DNA of 62,877 nucleotides, filler included, from Basidiobolus ranarum (Eukaryota): NCBI GenBank assembly GCA_040143965.1. It is 9 parts of 9 records of this genome, joined end to end, with 100 filler letters (N's around TTAATTAATTAA, not from the genome) between each part and the next. Parts side by side here need not be neighbours in the genome. Positions count along the whole stretch, not along the records: positions 1 to 6,921 come from JASJQH010001216.1; positions 7,022 to 13,939 come from JASJQH010001217.1; 7 more parts are not named here. One strand, 5' to 3'. Shown piece by piece: positions 1 to 9,574 of this stretch (position 1 is its first letter; each line of letters starts with the position of its first letter). The notes under the pieces were generated by a model. It saw only the letters and a program-made list of their open reading frames with translations, ran no database searches and was not told where the DNA came from. The position numbers and the translations under genes were made by a program.

Positions 1-423
1 AGTGCTAGGGTTGGTTGCTTCTTACTATTCCAAGTTATGGCTGCATTACCATAGAGAAAGATGTACCCATTGGTTGATCTTCTATTGTCAAGGTTTCTTC
101 CCCCGTCTGCATCACTATAGCCTTCAAAATGTTGTGCATCTGGAGTTACAGAGTTTTCCAGTGCTAGATCTATTGTTCACCTCAAATATCAGATATGTGT
201 CTTACTGATCTTTTGTCCTCAGATACCGGAGCTTTGAGGTATTGACTAATAGTTAGCCCTCAAAATTGTGTGCAATAGGAGTGCCAGAGTATTCCCAAAC
301 CAGATCTACAATTTCTCCCAAATTCCTGAATATTTGTTTTACTGGGGTATTGTGCTCATTTCCTTGATTTTTGAGATATTGGCTGACAGTTCCCACTGCC
401 ACAGCAATAGCTGGATGTGTTCC
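1..423 (-). mobile_element. Decayed Ty1/Copia pol fragment (end of RT to start of RNase H), interrupted at 424 by another Copia element
   Basis: Reverse complement translates to HPAIAVAVGTVSQY...VKQIFRNL...FEGYSDAD...RRSTNGYIFLYGNAAITWNSKKQPTLA, the Copia RT/RNase H motifs. A ~138-bp degenerate internal duplication spans ~119-393. Confidence 0.8.
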
Positions 424-776
424 TGTTGAAATTAGGGGAATAGCAACTCATTATTTAGTAGTTAGCTTATTCATATTCTGATTATTTAGCACTTGATTCT
501 GCCATTCAAAAATGTGTGTTTATTGCTCTGATTGATAGAAATATTAATTAGATCACTATTACCAATTTTCACTATTTTTTCAAAACTTCTCCAAATCACC
601 TCAAATTTCCACCCTTGCATAACAGGCATGTTTGTTGTGATCTAAGCATGTCCAAGAGTTCTATTTCATAGTAAGCTATACTTAGGACATATTCAATTAA
701 ATTAAACTTAAGTGTCTAATTCACAAAATCCAAATCTTGTCTAAAACATGTCCAAATCCCCTAAACACTTTTATCA
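424..776 (+). repeat. 5' LTR, family A
   Basis: Starts TGTTG and ends ATCA directly before the PBS. Similar to 4512-4695, 6054-6325 and 18158-18547. Confidence 0.9.
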
Positions 777-3700
777 GGTTATGAGCCTCAAGCTAGCTGT
801 TAAAGGAATGTCTACCAGTACCATTACCAATGATTTGGCATCCACAGAGAAGTTTGATGGTGAAGACTTTCACCTTTGGAAGTTCAAGATGCAAATGGTG
901 CTAGAAGACAAAGACTTATGGGGATTTGTTACAGGAGAAGAAATTGAGCCAAAGGGACCACTGGAAGCTTTCCTTGCCTTTCACAAGAAGCAGAGGAAAG
1001 CACTCTCTACACTTTTTCTATAACTCAGAAACTCTCAATTGAGGAACATACAATAAGCCAAAAACTTCCAAATGCTTGGGAAACACTTGAGATTCTATAT
1101 GAGACTAAAATTCTGGCTAATAGGCTATATCTTAGGCAATGATTATTCTCAATTCAAATGAAATCTGATGATTCTATGCTTGATCACATAAGTTGGATAA
1201 ATACTATGGCATATCAGTTGTCATCCTTTGGAGCTCCTCTAATTGAAGATGACTTAGTCATGACACTATTTGGGAGCCTGCCAGAGAAGTTTGGGAACCT
1301 CATAATTGCCCTGGAATCAAGATCAGAGCCATTGACAATTGAATATGTTAGTGCTAAGTTTTTGAATGAAGGATTAAGGGGATCTAATTCTCAGCAAAAT
1401 AATGCAGAACTGGCATTCTTTGGAGCTGTAAAATGTCCCACAGGCTTTAATAAAGGTGCCCCTAATAGGAAATTAATCATCTGCAAGTATTGCAAGAAAC
1501 CAGGCCATATTATCAAAGATTGCAGAAAAAGGATTTTTGCCAAAAAGCTAAAATTGGAACAAGCAAATCAAGTAAGCACTGATAGGGAACACCTATTTGT
1601 GTCTGCCCTATCAGTAACCACTAAAGAAGACTCAGAAGCTTGTTACATTGATTTTGGAGCTTCCCCGCAAATGTCAAACTGGAAAGATTGGTTTGCCAGC
1701 TTAAAATCAATCCAAATAAGGAAATTGTACTTAGGTGATGACCATGCACTAGATGCAGTTGATAAGGGCTCAGTTGTACCCAATTTAGTCCTAAATTCAG
1801 CTACACTATCTGCAAAATTGGATGATGTACTCTATGTAACAAACATAGCCAAGAATCTACTCTCAGTAAGCCAAGCAACAACTCAAGGACTAAATTTTGT
1901 GTTCAGTAAGGCTGGATGCACTATCACAATTCAGAATAAAACCAAATAGCTACTGGGATGAAAACTCAATACTTATACAAAATAGAAATCAACAGATTGC
2001 ATTCTGAGCATGCAAACTTGGCCAAAACCTGTGAAATAAGCTGTCAAATGTGGCATAGAATATTAAGCCAAATTGGTGAACAAAAACTGACCCAAATGAT
2101 CCAAAATCAGCTTGTTTCAGCCATGGAAATTGTAAATATCACTAAACACGATCTGTGAGAAGGTTGTATATACGGAAAACATCACAGACAGCCATTTTCA
2201 GTTTCTTGAGTGCTTGAATCCAATCAGAATTTTGCCCTGATTCATTCAGATATTTGTGGGCCCATGAGAAATATCTCACTTGGTGGGAAAAGGTACTTTA
2301 TGACTTTTATTGAAGACAAAACAAGATATACTTGAGAATTGTTTCTCAAATTAAAATCTGAATCTTAGCTATGTTCAAGCACTACAAAGCAATGGTAGAG
2401 AAAGAATCAGCACAAAAAATAAGGGTGCTAAGAGTGATAATGGTCAAGAATACGGCTCTGAAGACTTTGCTAGTTTTTGCTCTAAACAGGGAATTAAGCA
2501 ACAAACTTCTGTACCTTATGCTCACAGCAAAACAGAGTTGCAGAGCATGCTAATAGGAACATAGTGAAGATGGTAAGATCAATGTTACATTATCAAAAGT
2601 TAGATTACCAATATTGGGCTGAATTTGTCTCCACTGCCATCTATATCAACAAAAGATGTCCAACAAGATTGATACAAAATTATGCTCCATTTGAAGCCAT
2701 GTATGAATCAAAACCAAGTGTGGATCATCTTAGGATCTTTGTTTGCTCTCAATATTGCCTAATTCCAGCTCAAAAATGCTCTAAACTGGAACCCAAATAC
2801 AGAAAATGAATATATCTTGGTTACTGTGATGGATGTAAGGCCTACAGACTGTTTGATATCAAAAATCAGAAGTCAAACAAGTGCAGAGATATGATTTTTG
2901 ATGAAAAAGCAAGCTTTTCACCTCAAATCACAATTATTGATTCTGAAAACACAATCAGCACTATTCAAGAATGTCTGACAACATACCAGCTGTATCTAAA
3001 CCCTGTTCAATCACAATTCCCATGCCAATTACATCAGATGTTGATGCAGCGCCCAGAAGATCATCCAGAAGGAGATATAAACCAGGAAACTGGGTGAACA
3101 CTTCCAATGATGCTGTATATGCTTATGGAGCATTCTGTGACAAGCCACAGACTCTAGATGAAGCTCTGGAGTGTCCAGAATCAAGATTATGGGAGAAAGC
3201 AATATCAGATGAGTTTTGTTCACTGTGAGACAATAATGTGCGGGTTTTAAGTCCTTCACCATCAGGGAAAAAAGCCAATAGGTTGCAAATGGGTCTACAA
3301 AGTCAAAAATCAAGCTGATGAACCCATAGAAAGGTACAAAGCAAGATTAGTTGCAAAAGGTTATTCCCAGACTTCAGGATTTGACTTTGAAGTAACTTTT
3401 GCAACAGTAGCTAAGTTTAGCTCCATTAGATTGTATTGGCACTCTCAGCCATCCATAACCTTGATTTATATCAAATGGATGTAAAAACAGCCTTACTGAA
3501 TGGAAATCTAGAAGAAGAGTGCTATATGGAGCAACCAGATGGATTTGTTGCATCAAAACATCCTGATATAATCTGTAAAATGCAAAAATCTCTATATGGA
3601 CTTAGGCAAACACCCAGGGCATGGTTCAAAAAGATAGATACCTTTTTGGAATCACTTGAATTCCAAAAATTCACAGCAGATCACAGTATTTACATCAAAA

Positions 3701-4695
3701 TAGCCAGAAATAGTATCCTTATCTTAGCCCTCTATGAGGATAACTTAATCATAGCCACAAATTATCTAGAATCACTTAATCAGACAAAAAGCAGCCTATC
3801 AAATTAATTTCAGATGAATGACATGGGTGAATTAAGTTATTTTCTTTGAATCCAATCAAGAGCGATACACCCAATCAGAAAATCATGCTAAGTTAGTCTA
3901 GTACATCCTAGACATCCTAAAAGGATTCAATATGGAGAATAGCAAGCCTGTACCAATACCAATGGAACTCAATGTGAAATTAATCAAAGATTCATCCAAC
4001 TTGGCCCAAAATGACTCAAATCAGGGCCAGGAGTTCTCTTGTCAATCCATGGTAGGTTGTTTAAAGTATACAATGGTTGTAGCACAGCCAGACATTGCTG
4101 CAGCAGTGGAGCCATAACTTGGAATAGTAAGAAGCAACCAACCATAGCACTTTTCACTACAGAAACAGAGTGTATGGCTACCTCTGCTACAACACAAGAA
4201 GCTATGTGGTTAAGGAAGTTATTTAAAGACTTAGGATATATGCAAAAAAGTATTATTACTGTATTTGAAGATAATCAAAGTTGTATTTGATTAGCTAAAA
4301 GCCCTACATTTCATGCCAGAACAAAACATATAGATATTAGGCATCATTTTGTAAGAGAAGCAATAGAGAATGATATAATTGGGATTGTCTATTGCCCTAC
4401 TGAAGAAATCACTGCTGACATCTGAACTAAACCTTTAGCTAAAGCACAATTTGAAATATTAAGATATAACTTAGGTTTAAGAGAAATACAGAATAATTAG
4501 TTGAGTAGGAATGTTGGAATTAGGTAAATAGCAACTCATTATTTAGCAGTTATCTTTTACCAATTTTACACTATGTTCACAAAACCTCTCCAAATCACCT
4601 CAAATATTCACCCATGCTTAACAGGCATGTTTGTTACAATATAAGCAAGTCCCAAAGTCCTTTTTCATAGTAAGCTCTAAACAGGACTAATTCAG
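424..4695 (+). mobile_element. Near full-length decayed Ty1/Copia LTR retrotransposon (gag-PR-INT-RT-RH), many stops and frameshifts
   Basis: 5' LTR 424-776 (TGTT...ATCA); PBS GGTTATGAGCC at 777; gag (EKFDGEDFHLWKFKM, zinc knuckle CKYCKKPGHIIKDC); protease-like IDFGAS; integrase (HSDICGP, YWAEFVSTAIY); RT ([25 protein letters not shown]); RNase H (WNSKKQ, EDNQS, RTKHIDIRHHF); purine tract ~4502-4511; deleted/truncated 3' LTR from 4512. Confidence 0.95.
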
Positions 4696-4699
4696 TTTT

Positions 4700-6325
4700 A
4701 TACTTGGGGAGTTGATGGAAATGAAAAATTTTCTCCTAGCTACAGCTAGCTCTATTTTGTCAATCCCAGCACTCTCAGCCTTCCATGACCTTGATTCACA
4801 TCAAGTGGATGTAAAAATAGCCTTTCTGAAGGGAAATCTGGAAAAAGAGATCTAATTGGAGCTAACAGATGGATTTATTGACCAAAACGTCCTGAAATGG
4901 TGTATAAGCTGCAGGGAACTGCTATATGGACTCAAGCAAGAACTCAGAGCATGGTACCACAATACAGATACCTGTTTGGAATAACTGGACATCCAAAAAT
5001 ACACAGTAGATCATAATATTTTACATCAAAGTGACGGGAAGTACAATCCAAATCCTAGCACTATATGTGGATGACTGTTCATAGCTGCAAATAATCTAGA
5101 AGTACTTAATCAGACAAAAAGCAGCTTATTAAACCAATTTCAGATGACTGATATGGGTGAATTTAGATACTTTCTTGGAATCCCAATCAAGAGACATAAA
5201 CCCAATCAGAAAATCATGCTGAATCAGTCTAGATGTATCCTATACATCTTAATATTCTTCAACATGGAGAATTCAAACCTGTATCAACAGCAATGGATCC
5301 CAATGAGAAATTAATCAGATTTTATCTGATTTGACTCAAAATGACTTAAATCAAGGCCAGGAGTTCCCTTATCAATCCATGGTAGGTAGTTTAATGTATA
5401 CAATGGTTGTAACATATACAGACATTGCAGTGGCAGTGGGACTGGTAAGCCAATATGCCAAAAATCCTGGATCCAAGCACAAAACTAGAGTAAAACAAAT
5501 ATTCAGGTATTTGAGAGAAACTGTACATCTAGTTTAGGAATACTCCGCCACTCCTGCTGCATGAAAGTATGAAGGCTACAGTAATGCACCCTGGGGAAGA
5601 AACCTTGATTACCAAACATTAACTCCTAGGTATACTGTTCTCTATGGTAATGGAGCTATTACTTGGAATAGTAAGAAGCAACCAACCACAGCACTTTCCA
5701 CTACAGAAGCAGAGTGTATGGCTGCCTCTGCTACAATACAAGAAGCTATGTGGTTAAGGAAGTTATGTAAAGACTTAGGATCTATACAAAAATATGTAAT
5801 TAATGCATTTGAAGATAAGCAAGTTGTATTTGATTAGCTAAAAACCCTACATTTCATGTCAGAACAAAACATATAGATATTTGGCATCATTTTGTTAGAG
5901 AAGCAATAAAGAATGTTATAATTGAGCTTGCTTATTGCCCTACTGAAGCAATCATTGCTGACATCTGAACCAAACCTTTAGCTAAAGCACAATATCAATT
6001 ATTAAGATATAACCTAGGTTTAAGAAAAATACAAAATAATCAGTCAAGTACAAATGTTCAAAATAAGTAAATAGCAACTCATTATTTAGCAGTTAGTTTA
6101 TTCAAATTCTGATTATTTAGCACTCAATTATGCCATTCAAAAACGTATGTGTATTGCTCTAATTGATAGGTATATCAATTAGATCTCTTTTACCAATTTC
6201 CACTATTTTCTCAAAACCTCTCCAAATCACCTCATATTTTCACCCATGCTTAACAGGCATGTTTGTTACGATCTAAGCATTGTCCAATAGTCCTCTTTCA
6301 TAGTAAACTAAAAGTAGCACTTATT
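4700..6325 (+). mobile_element. Tandem second unit of the same Copia 3' half (RT-RNase H-LTR)
   Basis: Repeats the QMDVK, LYVDD, YQSMVGSLMY, WNSKKQ and TKHIDI motifs, then an LTR-A copy starting TGTTC at ~6054. Confidence 0.85.
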
Positions 6326-6334
6326 AAATTTTAT

Positions 6335-6868
6335 ATTACAGGAGTTGATGGTAATGAAAAATGTGCTTCTAGCTACATTTAGCTGCATTACAACAATCCA
6401 GGCACTCTCAGCCTTCCATGACCTTGATTTACATCAAATGGATGTAAAAACAGCCTTTCTGAATGGAAATCTGTAAAAAGAGATGTATTTGGAGCAAACA
6501 GATGGATTTGTTGACCAAAACATCCTGATATGGTTTGTAAGCAGCAGGGAACTGCTACATGGACTCAAGCAAACACTCAGGGCATGGTATCAAAAGACAG
6601 ATACCTGTTTGGAATAACTGGAAATCCAAAAATGCACAGCATATTGTATTATTTAACATCAAAGCAATGGCAAGTAGGATCATTATCTAGAGCACTATAT
6701 GTGGATGACTTGTTCATAGCTGCAAATAATCTAGTAGTACTTAATCCGAAAAAAGCAGCTTATCAAACCAATTTCAGATGACTGATATGGGTGAATTAAG
6801 ATACTTGCTTGGAATGCCAATCAAAAGAGATAAACCCAATCAGAAAATCATGCTGAATCAGTCTAGAT
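6335..6868 (+). mobile_element. Third tandem unit of the Copia RT region, truncated at segment end
   Basis: Starts at the same GGAGTTGATGG junction as the 4700 unit. Motifs QMDVKTAFLNG, ALYVDDLFI and MTDMGELRYLLG. Confidence 0.85.
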
Positions 6869-6921
6869 GGGAGGATTGGCCGTGCGATCAGCCGTCTCCC
6901 TCTCTACCCCCCCTCAGGCAG

Positions 6922-7021
6922 NNNNNNNNNNNNNNNNNNNNNNNNNNNNNNNNNNNNNNNNNNNNTTAATTAATTAANNNNNNNNNNNNNNNNNNNNNNN
7001 NNNNNNNNNNNNNNNNNNNNN
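6922..7021. other. Artificial 100-nt concatenation linker (also 13940-14039, 20952-21051, 27950-28049, 34942-35041, 41933-42032, 48920-49019, 55903-56002)
   Basis: N-run + TTAATTAATTAA (stops in all six frames) + N-run, repeated about every 7 kb. Confidence 0.98.
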
Positions 7022-7406
7022 CATTGGGGCATGGTCGTAGCGGTCGTGGGTGAGGGAGTTGTAGCGGGCCTGCATTGAGGAGTGTTCCTGGGCAATGTCA
7101 TTGAGATCTCTGGAAAAATGAATTCGCAAGCAAAGGAATGGCAGGAGAGAATTAGATATGAATGGGAAGGGAGGGCAGGAGAAAGAAGCGAGGAAAGTAA
7201 GGAAGTCAGTATGGATGATGCATACACTCTCAACTCTCAATAAAATTTGAAGAACTCTACCTGCTCAAGATCAATGGCTTGAGACCAAACCTGACTCTTT
7301 CCCGATTTACCAAGCAGACAAGTTTAGCTTGCGAGAATGCCTCTGTATTTGAAAGCAGAGTTCCGAAGCTGAGTAGGGCGCAAACTATCACTTGAGAAAC
7401 TTTCAT
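7022..7406 (-). CDS. Secreted CAP/SCP-domain protein, 5' part (exon 7406-7261, intron, exon from 7109; truncated by linker)
   Basis: Signal peptide MKVSQVIVCALLSFGTLLSNTEA, then LVCLVNRERVRFGLKPLILSR|DLNDIAQEHSSMQARYNSLTH, matching the CAP pattern LVN.ER...GL.PL....L...A..HS..M.....H. The GT-AG intron restores the frame. Confidence 0.8.
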
Positions 7407-7692
7407 ATTTAAGAGACTTAATAAACTAACTTGTGTTTCGTTATGAAGGTATGTGTGGATATATATACGTAGGATTTTATACATTATATAAATTAGTAAC
7501 ATAAACTATATTCTGATCAAGCAGATCTCGGGAATAATTGTATGTGAACAATGTTAAAATTACAACTTGTCATTTTTGTTGCTCTCCCCTGCTTCTCCAC
7601 CCAAATTGAAGCCTGTCTTATAATCGGAGGTTAAAGTGCTGCTAAATTAGAGTACTAAGATTTCAATTTCGATTAAATGTAAATAAAAATAG

Positions 7693-7878
7693 CACGCTCA
7701 GCTATCTCGATGCAATCAGGAACACAAGATCATTCATAATGCTTCCACTCCCGAAGGGCTTCAACAAAATGAACAATCACAAGCGTGACTCCCGCCTATG
7801 GCACCACAATATCATCAGCGCGTGATATGTATATTATTTGTAATTGCAGTCTTAGGTTATAACTAAGACGTGAGGATT
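7693..7878 (-). ncRNA. Box C/D snoRNA-like gene with 5' extension, copy 1
   Basis: Minus strand: CACGC-GC-TGATGA (box C, 7812-7818) ... CTGA-GCGTG (box D, 7698-7701), giving canonical K-turn geometry with a 5-bp terminal stem. Also a 5' hairpin GTCTTAG/CTAAGAC, a CC-TTCG-GG loop and TATATAA at 7898-7904. Near-identical to the 9175-9360 copy. Confidence 0.75.
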
Positions 7879-8054
7879 CATTATCTCCAAAAAATCATTA
7901 TATAGCAGAAACATCTCATCATAATCTTATGGGAATATATTAATTTTCGGATACTGAAAATTTTATTTCAAGAGTAGTTTATTTGAATTTAACAAAGGAA
8001 AATTTAGAATAAATTTACGTTTGCAAAATATCCTCTAGTTTGTCAAGTATCGTA

Positions 8055-8943
8055 ATGTTTCCAGTGACAATAAGACAAGGTTTAAGAAGTGCACGTAGCT
8101 TCAGTACTACTGCCTTTAATAATACACCTCACTTGGTTCAGGTATGACTTTTCTTATTGAATCTTATTGTATTTTCATTACATACTCACTGTTACATCTT
8201 TAGGTTGAAAGTTCCATTAAAGGTGGAAGTTTCCTAGTATCTAGAAGATTAGCAGAACGTCTTCATTATCAGTACACACCATATTATGATTTCCTCAAGG
8301 CTGTGGTGTTCAAAGTAAGCTACATATTAAAACTCGCTTATGCAACCTTTAAAATAACTTTTTCTCGCTCTAGGGATTCAAACAAGAGATAGTCAACTAT
8401 CAAGAGCTTCCCAGTGACTTGGCAGATTTCGTTCAATTTGTAAAAGAAACCTCCATTACAGTAGCACCAATTTCAAAGTTCGATATTGAAGTTGATGGGG
8501 AAAATGTCACTGGTGCTGCATTATCTCACCGTGAATTAAACAAAGTTGCCAAAAGTCTCTTGCAAGAAGCACAAGTGGAGAAAGCAGTAACTAGCCGATT
8601 CTATGACATTATCAAGGAATCCTCCTCCAAAGGAGTGGTTTTCCCTGGTGCCAATAATCTACGTAAATCTGTTGACTTCAAGTTTTTTTTGGACGAGGAT
8701 ATTCGTTCTAGAGCCAGAAGAGAATTTAACCGTATTAAATGGCGCGATTCACGTAGAAATGTCCTGAAGATGGATGACATAGTACAACAGATTCGTAAAG
8801 GTGAAGCTAATCTTGACCTTCGTAGTATGAAGAAGAATGCTATCATCGTTAAGGCTGATGATATGGATATGGAAGAACTAGTAGAGACTTTAGCGCTAAA
8901 GATCTTGGAGATAAGCGGTGATCAAGACCCTATTGAACAATAA
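8055..8943 (+). CDS. Bacterial-type cytidylate kinase (Cmk)-fold protein with degenerate P-loop and mitochondrial-type presequence; exons 8055-8141, 8204-8314, 8374-8943
   Basis: Three phase-0 GT-AG-joined exons give one open frame. N-terminus MFPVTIRQGLRSARSFSTTAF is Arg/Ser-rich with no acidic residues. Cmk-like blocks in order: VDGENVTG, KGVVFPG, KFFLDEDIRSRARR, MDDIVQQIRK, NAIIVKADDMDMEELVE. Confidence 0.8.
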
Positions 8944-9174
8944 CTTTTTTATGTACTTTCATTGTAGATTTTAACCATTTTCATTATCAGTGCAGTACAT
9001 GACTTATCAGGGTCTATAGAATGAATAAAATACTTAACAATTAAAACTCACATGACACTTATAATTTGTTGGCATGATGGATAGTTAAGTACTTGATTAA
9101 AATCTAACAAATTGTGTGTTTTGTTTAAGTTTTGAAGATTTCGTATAGTATTGTTTAAATGTAAATAATAACAG

Positions 9175-9360
9175 CACGCTCAGCTATCTCGATGCAATCA
9201 GGAACACAAGATCATTCATAATGCTTCCACTCCCGAAGGGCTTCAACAAAACGAACAATCACAAGCGTGACTCCCGCCCATGGCACCACAATATCATCAG
9301 CGCGTGATATGTATATTATTTGTAATTGCAGTCTTAGGTTATAACTAAGACGTAAGGATT
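9175..9360 (-). ncRNA. Box C/D snoRNA-like gene with 5' extension, copy 2
   Basis: Box D 9180-9183, box C 9294-9300, terminal stem 9175-9179/9302-9306, TATATA at ~9381-9387. I count only three substitutions versus copy 1 over ~185 nt, while the flanks diverge. Confidence 0.75.
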
Positions 9361-9574
9361 CAACGATTCGACCACGCGAAATATATACCTCTTTTTCTAG
9401 CGCTAAACTTATGGGACCATATATTATTCTTGAAGAAATACTAATAAGAAATTGAATGATTAAATATTATTTATACAGCTTTGATAAGGGCATGTTAGGA
9501 ATAGAAAACGAGTTGATTACAAAATAAACAATTTATACAAATAACCAGTTGGTAGGCAAGTGTAGTAGTTTGAA

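Noticed and set aside
6868-6921. GC-rich stretches at segment ends (also 42033-42100, 49020-49050, 55857-55902)
   Set aside because: They break abruptly from the flanking gene or repeat right at the linkers; likely low-quality or chimeric contig ends.
6922-7021. Regularly spaced TTAATTAATTAA palindromes as a biological repeat array
   Set aside because: They are embedded in N-runs of fixed length; this is an artificial contig linker.
7693-7878. The duplicated element as U4, U12, U3, tRNA or a CRISPR-like repeat
   Set aside because: No Sm site, U6-pairing region, U3 box A/A' or cloverleaf; only two copies, with a gene between them.
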